64,000 nt of DNA from Octopus sinensis (taxonomy: Eukaryota): positions 25,358,001-25,422,000 of the forward strand of contig NC_043022.1 of assembly GCF_006345805.1 (NCBI RefSeq), in the 5' to 3' direction. The notes below the pieces were generated by a model. That model had not been told where the DNA came from and searched no databases. It was given only the letters and a program-made list of their open reading frames with translations. Within the stretch, counting starts at the first letter, position 1. Each line of letters opens with the position of its first letter. A program made the translations under genes and the position numbers. Shown in pieces: positions 52,461 to 64,000 of this stretch.

Positions 52461-53016
52461 GTTAGCGGTAATTCGTCTGCCGCTACGTTCTGAGTTCAAA
52501 TTCCGCCGAGGTCGACTTTGCCTTTCATCCTTTCGGGGTCAATAAATTAAGTACCAGTTACGAACTGGGGTCGATATAATCGTCTTAATCCGTTTGTCTG
52601 TCCTTGTTTGTCCACTCTGTGTTTAGCCCCTTGTGGGTAGTAAAGAAATAGGTACTTCGTCTGCCGCTACGTTCTGAGTTCAAATTCCGCCGAGGTCGAC
52701 TTTGCCTTTCATCCTTTCGGGGTCGATTAATTAAGTACCAGTTACGCACTGGGGTCGATATCATCGACTTAATCCGTTTGTCTGTCCTTGTTTGTCCTCT
52801 CTGTGTTTAACCCCTTGTGGGTAGCAAAGAAATAGGTATTTCGTCTGCCGCTACGTTCTGAGTTCAAATTCCGCCGAGGTCGACTTTGCCTTTCATCCTT
52901 TCGGGGTCGATTAAATAAGTACCAGTTACGCACTGGCGTCGATATGATCGACTTAATCTGCTTGTCTGTCCTTGTTTGTCCTCTGTGTTTAGCCCCTTGT
53001 GGGTAGTAAAGAAATA
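52461..53016 (+). mobile_element. Tandem trimer of headless SINE B units (184-bp period)
   Basis: tcgtctgccgctacg at 52473, 52657 and 52841. Confidence 0.95.
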
Positions 53017-53321
53017 AGTTTAATCCTAACACGTTACTCCGTGGACAAGTGTCATTTTCTGTAGCCTCGATATTCGATCCCACTAAGTTTGTGAACGAAG
53101 TGGAGGAGAAGAAAGATGTGTACCAACCTGTTGGATGGATTATATCTGTTGTTCAAGAGTATCATATTGTTACGTACCGTGACACGCTGATTCTATTAGA
53201 GATATCTGTATATTAAACTAAAGATTCAGTTGTTTGATCAGCTGAACAAGTTGTTCGTTAAATGAAAGTGGCCGAGCATTCCACAGACACGTGTATGTCT
53301 ATGTAGACAGATTATAATATA

Positions 53322-53386
<65 letters not shown>

Positions 53387-53475
53387 TAGATAGATAGAGA
53401 TAGACAGATAGATAGATAGATAGACAGATATAGATAGATAGATAGAGATAGACAGACAGACAGACAGACAGATAG

Positions 53476-53527
<52 letters not shown>

Positions 53528-53594
53528 TAGATAGACAGATATAGATAGATAGATATAGAGATAGATAGATATAGAGATAGATAGATAGACAGAT

Positions 53595-53652
<58 letters not shown>

Positions 53653-54680
53653 CGCACATAGTTTATGTGCGACCGATAACGTTTACATTATTAGAGCGGT
53701 ATTTGTTCTGGCTCTTCACATTACGAGTTCAAATCCCACCTTGGTTGCCTTTGCTTTTTATCCATTCGTATGTTGGTATAATACAATAAAGCGCCAGCCA
53801 AATACTGGGGTTGATAGCATCGACTAGCCTTAGACTTAAATGTTGCTGGCCTTGTGCCTAATTTAGGAACCGCATACGTAGATGCGCGCGCATTAAATAC
53901 AAACACGTACATATACGTAACACGAAGACGGAACGGAACGGAGGAAGAAAATCGTATATGGACGCTAGTTAAGTCGTCAGTATTAACGTATTTAATGCAT
54001 TGAGCAGTTAAAAGGCTAATTAAAAAATGTATATACAGACAGTTTGCTTGTATCTCTCTCTGTCTGTCCCTATATATTCTTTTCTCCCTCACATACACAT
54101 TCACTCATACGCACGCACATACTTCGTTCTCTTTTTCACTGTTTCCCCTCTACTCCCTACCTCTCTCTCTCTCTCTCTCTGTACACAAACACACAGACAT
54201 CATGTCACACGTATATACACAAAGATACATCTATATACACACATATATATATACACACTCATTCATATTTCTTCGTGTTTCTGAAGAGCAGCGTATTGTT
54301 TGGCTGAAGTCAAGTGGAAAAAAAAAATAGAAAAACCTTTATCAATGGAGCGTAACGAATATATTTTGTCTGCCTTCCATTATAGATGCCTCTATCAGCA
54401 CTTTATTATAAGTGTCAGCAATAATGCTGCACAGGGTGGTGGTAGTGGTGGTGGCGGTGGTGATGATGATGTTGAGGAGGTCGACGACGACGACGGCAGC
54501 AGCGCTGATGAACATCATGGTGGAGGTGGCGCTAGTGGTGGATGTTATGATTTTGATTGTAGTGACGGGAATGGCGTTGGTTGTGATGGCGGCGCTGCAG
54601 TGGTAAATGCTATGCTGTTGTTACAAAAGTGGATATGTAGTAGTAGTAGTAGTAGTAGTAGTAGCAGTAGCAGTAGCAGC

Positions 54681-54718
<38 letters not shown>

Positions 54719-54801
54719 CAGTAGTAGTAGTAGTGGGGAACAGACGAAGGCAATGGAAAACCGGTGATATGATACGGAGTGGTGGTATAATGCTGCGATG
54801 T

Positions 54802-55032
54802 GGCGGCGAGCTGGCAGAAACGTTAGCATGCCGGGTGAAATGCGTAGCCGTATTTCGTCTGCCGTTACGTTCTGAGTTCAAATTCCGCCGTGGTCGACTT
54901 TGCCTTTCATCCTTTCGGGGTCGATGAATTAAGTACCAGTGACGCACTGGGGTTGATGCAATTGACTTAATCCGTTTGTCTGTACTTGTTTGTCCCCTCT
55001 ATGTTTAGCCCCTTTTGGGTAGTAAAGAAATA
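54802..55032 (+). mobile_element. SINE family B with 18-20-bp TSD
   Basis: ggtataatgctgcgatgtgg at 54784-54803 and 55033-55052. Confidence 0.95.
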
Positions 55033-55288
55033 GGTATAATGCTGCGATGTGGTTAGCAATGGTGGTGGTGTGTTGAGATGTGTTGTATGGTGCGGTGCAG
55101 TACGGCACAGTATGGGGTAATACGGAGTGGCATGCTGTGATACTGTGTGAGTGGAAATGTGGGGGTAGCCTAGTGTCCATGGTGTTCGATTCGTGATGAA
55201 AAGGTTGTGAGTTCAATTCCTGGACCGAGCGAGTTGTTCCCTTGCGTAAGGTACTTCATTTCACGTTGTCCCAGTTTACTCAGCTGTA

Positions 55289-55794
55289 ATCATCATTGTT
55301 CGACCGTGTTCGAGACAATGGAATTTACTATGTTACGAGACAATGGAATTTACTATGTAAATTTACTATTTACGGTCCATCATAGCATTACGGAGGTTCT
55401 GTTCCTGGATGCCTGTATCCCTGGAGATTACATCAGGGTAGGATAGTGTGCGCCCTCTGGTATCGCTAGCTGATGGCTTCCAGAGGAGAAGAGTCGAAAC
55501 TTCCTCGTTTTCAGCTCTACAACAATGTCCAGCAAACTGGACTCTTCTACCTTTCACAAGAGATGATACAGGTGGTAATTTCCCATATATTTGTACTTTG
55601 GTTGGATGACGCTTCCACGAGAATTTTGAGCTCTCATAAGAGGCAGTGTAAGTTCATCCAACCGCCTCTCAAGCTTCTTTGATAACGTCCAGGTTTCTGA
55701 GCCATATAGTAGATTTGGTTCGACTGTGGCTATGAAGATTTTAAGTTTGAAATCTCTACTTAGATTTGATGACCAGATCTTATACATATCATTG
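55289..55794 (-). pseudogene. RTE-clade LINE, 3' segment
   Basis: NDMYKIWSSNLSRDFKLKIFIATVEPNLLYGSETWTL; RVQFAGHCCRA; GRTLSYPDVISRDTG; short TGA tail. Confidence 0.9.
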
Positions 55795-56154
55795 TCATTG
55801 ACTATGTGCTACGTATGACAGTTGATACCACTTCTGGTAAGGGCTTTGAAATAAAACCTAGAAGTTCCAGACATCCAGCTGAACACTTAACAGACACTGA
55901 CTTTGCTGACAACATCGCTCTTATCAGTGATTCTCTCTCCAATTTCTTGAACAAGCCTCAAACTGTGTAGGTCTTTACCTCAATGAGTCCAAGACTGAAT
56001 ATGTAAACAAGTGCCTGTCCAACAGTGCTTTCATCATCCATACTCTCAACAATACGTTCTTAAATATGGTTTCTGATTACAAATATCTTGGGTCATACAT
56101 ATCATAATCTGAAAAAGATTTTCTAACTAGAAAGGGCATGGCCTGGTCAGCCTG
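55788..56154 (+). pseudogene. RTE-clade LINE, inverted 5' segment (RT core)
   Basis: IIVIDYVLRMTVD..GFEIKPRSSRHPAEHLTDTDFADNIAL..YKYLGSYIS..RKGMAWSAC. Confidence 0.9.
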
Positions 56155-56320
56155 TTAGAGATCTATTTCTTGCAGTGATGTTGAAATTATAACATGGGTT
56201 AAGGTAATACCAACAGGGGTCTTGGGTCACAAGCGTTAGACTTTGAAAAAAAATTCCTACAGTATCATGTTATGATGGGAGTTTACCCCCAAATACTTTT
56301 TTATGGTAATGTATCATCTC

Positions 56321-56462
56321 TGTTATAATGAAGAAAACTTGATTAATTAGTATAGAGTATGTAATTTTTATTAAAAGACAACAATTATTTCTTAATAATT
56401 TTTGTCTTTTAATAAAAATTACATACTCTATACTAATTAATCAAGTTTTCTTCATTATAACA
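56321..56462. repeat. 142-bp near-perfect palindrome (fold-back MITE-like)
   Basis: 61-bp perfect arms + 1-nt bulge + 7 bp + 5-nt loop; TGT...ACA ends. Confidence 0.95.
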
Positions 56463-56759
56463 TCTGCACTGTCTAGAATACATATAATTGCTAGCTCGGG
56501 AACGAAATTTATTAAAGATGTGCAAACCTAGGTCGAAAATTCCTTTACAAACAAGGTCATATTGCTTTTGTTAGTTATTTTTGTTCTTTGTTCTTTTGAG
56601 AAGAATCCAAACTTCAAGCTACTTTTCGCAGATCCCTTTTTACGCAGGTTTCTGAGCCTGAGAAAAATGAGTAGGGATGCAAATCTTAATTTTGCACCCG
56701 TCCAAAAGTTTTGGAGGTGTGCTTGCGCTCCCTGCACTCCGTGTTCCTGGTCCCACGCA

Positions 56760-57076
56760 TATATCTATCTATCTATCTATCTATCCGCTCAGTTGAAGTC
56801 GACTCTCGGTCACTCGTTAAATCAGTGTCCTCCAGTCAGTTCTATCCTGGGCCGCTTCTTTCAGATCGGCTATGTCCATTCAGGTATCCCTCTTGATGGT
56901 GTCAAGCCATCGGGTTCTTGGTCGGCCTCTTCCTCACTTGCCACTGACCATTCCGAGCATGATGTCCTTCTCCAGGGATTTTCTCCGCATAATATGACCG
57001 AAATATGCCAATCTATGCTTGGTGATCCTAGCTTCTTGCGACATTTTCGGCCTGATCTGCTTAAGAACTTCTCCAT
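56760..57076 (-). pseudogene. RTE/BovB-like LINE 3' end with (GATA)n tail
   Basis: Minus strand LEKDIMLGMVSGKRGRGRPRTRWLDTIKRDT..AAQDRTDWRTLI..RVTESRLQLSG*. Confidence 0.85.
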
Positions 57077-57537
57077 ATAACGTGTGTTAAAACAATGTTT
57101 ACATCAAACTAAAAGACATGTGTACGTTTAAGTGACACTGCAATAACAGGATAACGAAAGAAATTGTAATTTTCGACACGCAAGCAAAATGTTCACAATT
57201 ACAGTCGTTATTGTTTCAAACTGTTACGAAGTTGTCACTTCCTCTGACGTATAATGTCATGTGACCGTTGTGTGTGAAGAGAGAGAGAGAGGAGTTATTG
57301 ATGTTGCATGTAGTCTTTTGAAAGATATTTTTTTAGTTTACTTTATGTTGAATAACAAATGTTTGCCAGTGTCTTGTCTTTTCCGTTTATTATCTTATTT
57401 CCTTATTTAATTGCTTAAAACTGATTTCGTTATTGTTTAGCTTCAAGTCAGTAATCAAAGGAATTCAAATTTTACTGTTTCTCTCTATTTTTCTTTTTTG
57501 GCGTAGTATACTTTGAATGACAGTATCCAATATGTAC

Positions 57538-57925
57538 AAGGCGGCAAGCTGGCAGAAACGTTAGCACGCCGGGCGAAATGCTTGCCGGTATTTCGTCTGC
57601 CGTTACGTTCTGAGTTCAAATTCCGCCGAGGTCGACTGTGCCTTTCATCCTTTCGGAGTCGATTAAATAAGTACCAGTTACGAACTGGGGTCGATATAAT
57701 CGACTGAATCCCTTTGTCTGTCCCTGTTTGTCCTCTCTGTGTTTAGTCCCTTGTGGGTAGTAAAGAAATAGGTATTTCGTCTGTCTTTACGTTCTGAGTT
57801 CAGATGCCACTGGGGTCGGCCTTTCATCTTTTCGGGGGTCGATAAATTAAGAACCTGTCAAGTACTGGGATCGATGTAATCGACTATCCCCCTCCCTACA
57901 AATTCCAGACCTTGTTCCTATAGCA
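57538..57925 (+). mobile_element. SINE B followed by a headless second unit
   Basis: Junction aaagaaata|ggtatttcgtc at 57770/57771. Confidence 0.85.
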
Positions 57926-58156
57926 GAAACGATTATCTAATATGTATATCAGGTTTTTTAGACGATGAAGTGTAGATTTGGCTTCTATTTCTAACAAACC
58001 TGTAGAAGCTTTCTTCGATGGTTCGTGTTGTGTTCGGTGTAGGCGTGTTTGGACTTGTTCTGTTTATCTTTCAGTCAGTCATTAGGCTGCGACCATACTG
58101 GGGCACCGCCTTGAATATTTACTGGGATGAATCAACCCCAGGACTTACCTTTTTTG

Positions 58157-58350
58157 AAGGCGGCGAGCTGGCATAATCGTCAGCAAGCCGGGCGAAATGC
58201 TTAGCGGCATTTCGTCCGTCCTTACATTGAGTTCAAATTCCGCCGACATCGACTTTACCTTTCATCCTTTCGGGGTCAATAAAATAAGCACCAGTTGAGC
58301 AATAGCGTCGATACAACCGACAATCCCCGTTCCCCAAAAATTTCAGGCCT
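58157..58350 (+). mobile_element. SINE B-related (diverged subfamily)
   Basis: gaaggcggcgagctggc head and CORE-like block. Confidence 0.75.
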
Positions 58351-58627
58351 TATTATTATATATTATTATATATTTCGTTTTTGGATTTGGTTTGCAAAAT
58401 TCTTTATGTGAGTTTGTTTGTTGGAGCATATTCTGTGGTGTCTGGGGAGAGTCATTTTCTTTTTGTGTCTTATAGTTTTACACACTCACCGGTAAAATTT
58501 CCACTTATTTCTTATTTTTATAAAATAAAAATATAAAAAAATAACAACCAGAAATAAGTGGACATTTTACCGGGGAGTGTGTTAAACTTAAGAACACAAA
58601 AGAAAATGACTCTCCCCAGACACACAG

Positions 58628-59001
<374 letters not shown>

Positions 59002-59003
59002 AG

Positions 59004-59215
59004 ACGGCGAGCTGGCAGAATCGTTAGCATGCCGGGGAAAATGCTTAGCGATATTTCGTCCGTCTTTACGTTCTGAGTTCAAATCCCACCGAGGCCGAGT
59101 TTGCTTTTCATCCTTCCGGGGTCGAGAAAATAAGCACCAGTTGAGCAGTGGGGTTAATGTAATCGACTTACCCCCTCCTCTTAAATTACTGGACTTGTGC
59201 CAGAATTTGAAACCA
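59004..59215 (+). mobile_element. SINE B-related (diverged subfamily)
   Basis: ggcgagctggcagaatcg head and CORE-like block. Confidence 0.75.
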
Positions 59216-60094
59216 ACACATGTCCAGCAATGTTTATGCTGGTAATTCTGATGGATATCGGGAACTGTAATTCTGTAGACTCTTGATGAAAGTGATGCCA
59301 ATCAGGCAGTTTTTTTTTTAATTAGTGAGTATTTTTATTTAGTTCATTAACGTTTATTGTCTATTTTCAAGACAGATTGTCTGAGTCGAACGTACAGTAA
59401 TGGACAGCTTGTCAGAGTAGATTTTGAGAAAGTCTGACACGAGTCGTGGGAGATAGATGTGTCTGGTTGGATCGGTTACTGTTGCCGCTGATGCTGTTGT
59501 AGCCCCAGGTCAGCAAGTTTATGATTAAAAGCATTCCAGCCGTGATCATTCCATCTGTTTTATATGAGCAAATAATCCAAAGCAACATAAACCGATGTGT
59601 TCTTTTCTAAGTGTTGCGCCGTTCAAATCCCCCCTCTCTCTCTTCCACTCTTGCTTTTTCTCTCCTTTCTCTTCCTCTCCTTCCTTCTTATCGTTTTCTC
59701 CTCTGCCCCTATCCTTCTCTATAATTCTGTCTTTCTCTTTCTTTTCCTCTTCAATCTACACTTCACCCTCTCTACGTTCAACCGACGTTCCAGAAGTGAG
59801 CAACCAGTTATTTTTCACAATGTCAGGCTGTGTTCTTTTATCTCTTATCCTTCTTTTACTGGTTTCATTTATTAGACTGCGGCCATGCTGGGGCACCGTT
59901 TGAAGAATCCTTAGTCGAACGAATCGACCCCATTACTTTGTTTTATTACGTGTAGCACTTATTGTGAAGGCGCATGGATCAGTGGTTAGAGTGTCGAGCT
60001 CAAGATCGCGAGGTTGTGAGTTCGAATCCCGGACCGGGCTGCGCGTTGTGTTCTTGAGCAAGACACTTTATTTCACGTCTGGGAAGTCTGGGAA

Positions 60095-60415
60095 GACGAT
60101 AATGACGATAATGATAACGACAACGATGATGACGACGACGGTGATGATGACAACGGTGATGATGATGACCACGAAGATAACGACAATGATGATGACGACC
60201 ACGAAGACAACGACGACGATGATAGTGATAATAATGATGACGATGATGATGACGACAACGATGATGATGGTGATGATGATGACGACGACTACGAAGATAA
60301 CGACGATGATGATGACGACGACGACGACGACGACGATGATAATGAAAATGATGACGGTGATGATGATATTGATAATAATGATGACGGTGATGATGACGAC
60401 GACGATATTGAGGAC

Positions 60416-60447
<32 letters not shown>

Positions 60448-60470
60448 CGATGATGATGATGACGATGATG
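60095..60470. repeat. (GAT/GAC)n degenerate microsatellite following a SINE C head (59967-60078)
   Basis: Direct reading. Confidence 0.9.
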
Positions 60471-60989
60471 CTGATGCTGTTGTTGACACTATCAATGTTG
60501 CTGTTGCCACAAGTGCTGCTAGGATTGCTGATAATTGACTACAGAAGAAGAACAAAAAAAAACAAGTGTTAATATAAAGTATATCTTTTTTATAGTTGTT
60601 GTTGTTGCTGCTACCGATGCTGTTTTGCAACAACTGCTGCTGCTGCTGTTTTTGTTGTTGTTAATATTTTTGATGTTGTTATTCTTGTATTTCACAAGGT
60701 TTTCGGTTAGCGTGGAGGGGGGGGTTGTATTTTTTTAGCAATTTTTCTACTCGCATTATCCAGATATTGTTATTGTATATTTGGTGTTGTTTCTGTTTGT
60801 TTTTAATGGTTGCTGTTATTGTTGTTATTGTTTTTGCTGTTACTGTTGGGTATTTTTTGGAGTTTTTTTGTTGATTATTGTTATTGATGTGTTGTTGTTG
60901 TTGTTGTTGTTGTTGCTGTTGTTGTTGTTGTTGTTGCTGCTGTAGAAGTGGTTATATTTTCAGTAGGTTTTATTGACTGTTTTCACTGA

Positions 60990-61160
60990 CAGGAAGAGAT
61001 AGAGAGAGACCGAAAGAGAGAGAGACGGAGAGAAAGAGAAAGAGAGAGAGAAAAGACCGAAAGAGAGAGACAGAGGTGAAGAACGTGGGTATCAGAAAGA
61101 GCAAAATAAATTATTGCAAAAAAGACAGGAAACAGCAGTATTTTATAAAAGATTAGTGAA

Positions 61161-61197
<37 letters not shown>

Positions 61198-62537
61198 TTG
61201 AAATAATGTGAAAGAGAGAGTGGAAGGGGAGATGAGAGGGATGAGAAAAGGAGAGAAAAGAGATGATAGGGAGAAAGAAAATGAGAAAGAGACAGATAGA
61301 AAAATGGCAGAGCAAAATAAAGATATAAAGGCAAAAAACGAGGGAGGACGGGAAGCAGAGGTAATGGATACAAAAAGGGAGGGGGTAAAAGCGAGACAAA
61401 GAAAGAAAGAAAGAAAGAAGTGAAGAGGAAAATGTCGAAAATATGGCGAAGACATGAAAACAGAAGAATTGTTTCAGTATTTCATTGAAGAAATGAAGGG
61501 GAACTAACTGTGTAAAGCATGTAGCATGAAATAAAGATAAATGACTCTGGAGAAGGATTGGTGAGAGAGAGGGTGAGTTTGAAATAGAGAATGCAGGACA
61601 AAGAGAATAGGGGTTGGAGAATTAGAAGTGGTGAGAGAGAGTGAGTGAGAGATATCAAGGGAGAGAAGGTGAATGAAAATGAAAGAGTGAATGCAGAAAG
61701 GAAGATAAATTGTTATAGGGAGATGGTTAGAGTAGATACCAAAAAATGGGTCCAAAGAGAGAGTGAGTGAGTGAGTGAGTGAGTGAGTGAAATAATAAGA
61801 GGGTGAGTGAGGGAGTAGGAGGGATTAAAAAGACCAGTCAAAAAATGGTGGAATTAAAGAGAGTTGTAATGAATGAGAGCAAGTGAGTGAAAAAGAGGGA
61901 GAGAGAGGGAGAGTTGAAATAGAGGGAGAGAGATAAGGGATAAGGGAGTTGGTGAGGGTCGAGGGGAGAAAGGAAGCGGAAGTGGGGGAGGGGGAAGAAT
62001 AAAGACAAAAAAGAAAATAATTGTAGAAATTCGTAAGAGAGAATTAGAAAAGTAATGGAGGTTAACAAAATTGAACCATACTGCATGAAATAAAGATAAA
62101 TGGTAAGAGGGGGTAGCTGTGGGAGAGAGGGGGAGAATAATGAGCATGAATGAGAGAACAAGAGAGAGTGAGACAGAGAGAGAGAGAGAGGTGAAAGTAA
62201 ATAGGGAGTGTAAGAGGGAAGATAAAATTATATATATAGATATATATAGATATATGTATAACAAATTAATAAATAAAACATATGCATATATACATACATA
62301 TATGTACGTACCTACCTCTACATGTATATATACATGCATATTGGGTACAGGACACCAAAAAACGTCGAACACAATGAGAAAACGAAACATAAACACAAAA
62401 CCAAGGAAATGGACATTTTTCTTAAACAACGAAAACATAGAGTACAGGACATACAAAACAAGGAAAATTCCCCTTCTTCAGTCGCCTCTGTTTCATCTAC
62501 TCCGCGTTTCGAAGGTCATATATATATATATATATAT

Positions 62538-62571
<34 letters not shown>

Positions 62572-62760
62572 AGAAGAAGAAGAAGAAGAAACAAGGTGTG
62601 CAGAAGGACAATGGGAGATAAAGTTGGAAAAGAGAAAAGGCGAGAGAAAGAGTAAAAGAAAGATGAGAGATTAGCAGGAGGAACGAGAGAAAGAGATAGA
62701 GAGTAGGAGGGAGATCGGAAGAATGCGATAATGAGGGAGGGAAGGAAAGAAACACAGATA
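60990..62760 (+). repeat. Purine-rich (GA) low-complexity tract
   Basis: Strong A/G strand bias. Confidence 0.8.
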
Positions 62761-63059
62761 GACAGATGTTTCGGTTGCAGTTAAAGTGAGAGAACGGCTC
62801 AAATTTAAACTGACTTCAAATCCAAAATTGTGGAGACACGAAAAGAGGCTCGAAGAAGCTTGAATTGAGAAGTAATTGACATTTGTATTCCAATGAAGTT
62901 GCATGTACAAGATGCTGTTTCGCTGGAATCATACACAGGTCTTTAAGGTATTAAGTAGTTAAACACTTAATGTGTCATATTCTAAACAACAGTTCACCAC
63001 TAGAGGGAGGGTAGTGACTGTTTTATATTTTTGCATCAATTAATAAAGGCATGGCGTGA

Positions 63060-63350
63060 TCGTTACCAACATCGCCTTACTGGCATCTGTGCTGGTGGCA
63101 TGTGTAAAAATATTCGAGCGAGGTCGTCGCCAGTACCGCCTGACTGGCCCCCGTGCCGGTGGCACGTAAAAAGCACCCACTACACTCTCGGAGTGGTTGG
63201 CGTTAGGAAGAACATCCAGCTGTATAAACTCTGCCAAACCAAGATTGGAGCCTGGTGCAGCCATCTGGTTCGCCAGCTCTCAGTCAAAATCGTCCAACTC
63301 ATGCTAGCATGGAAAGCGGACGTTAAATGATGATGATGATGATGATGATC
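63060..63350 (+). mobile_element. RTE-associated retroposon 3' end with (TGA)n tail
   Basis: gttggcgttaggaagaacatccagctgta...ggacgttaaatgatgatgatg. Confidence 0.65.
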
Positions 63351-63484
63351 AATTTTTAAGGGCCTATTTAAAGTCAGAATGGGGGCAGAGTCTACGCGGC
63401 ACTCAACTGATTATACAGAACTACCTCGAATTACACATAACCATATTAAATGAAGAATTGCATATTTATGTGTGTGTGTTTATA

Positions 63485-63802
63485 TAGGCGCAGCTCGCTT
63501 CCCAACAACATGGTTCCGAGTTCAGTCCCACTGCATGACACATTTGGCAAGTGTTTTCAACTGTAGCCTCGGGCCGACTAAAGCTTTGTAAGTGGATTTG
63601 GTAGAAAGAAACTAAAAGAAGCCCGTCGTACAGACTGAAAGAAACCCGATGCTAATGTGTTTATGTCCCAGTAATTTAGCGGTTCGGCAGAAAAAGAACA
63701 ATAGAATAAGTACTAGGCTTCTAAAGAAGAAGTCCTGGAATCGACTTCTTCGACAAAAAAACGCACCTTTAAGGCGGTGCTCCAGCATGGCCGCAGTCAA
63801 AA
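63485..63802 (+). mobile_element. SINE family A (diverged)
   Basis: Head, core and tail present. Confidence 0.8.
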
Positions 63803-64000
63803 GAATGTATACACACACACAGAATGGAAATCACGAGATTCTTTATTAATCAGAACGATCGTTTCAACCCATCTTGCATGAATCCCTTTTATGGTGCATC
63901 CCTCGCTACAGATGTGTTTTGTCCGGTGACTTTTCAAAACTGTATCGTACCCAATAAAATCTTTTACTCATTCCATCTATTTTATTAATACTGTTACCCT

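Overview
AT-rich, microsatellite-dense eukaryotic non-coding DNA. The SINE families and repeat load point to an octopod cephalopod (inference from recall, not a database search). No intact host gene can be supported: the supplied ORFs are microsatellite or transposon read-throughs. The window holds about 30 tRNA-derived SINE copies in four families, RTE, CR1 and Penelope-like retroelement remnants, mariner relics, non-autonomous Helitrons and two copies of a Merlin-like MITE carrying TTAGGG repeats. The main result is a 2.86-kb array at 32451-35308 made of ~486-bp units. Each complete unit carries a canonical type I hammerhead ribozyme (CUGACGA/GAAA core, GUA cleavage site, 8-bp stem I, unusually long stem II). 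Four intact copies lie on the minus strand and one lies in an inverted arm. The array sits in a (TA)n tract with microhomology at both ends. It looks like a retrozyme or ribozyme satellite that could produce ~486-nt circular RNAs. A Penelope-like RT/GIY-YIG relic and a second, minimal hammerhead-like motif are in the same window. Other notable items are a clear twin-primed RTE LINE, an LTR-like miniature element, a tail-to-tail Helitron pair and several long hairpins. SINE and microsatellite boundaries are approximate (about +/-10-20 bp).
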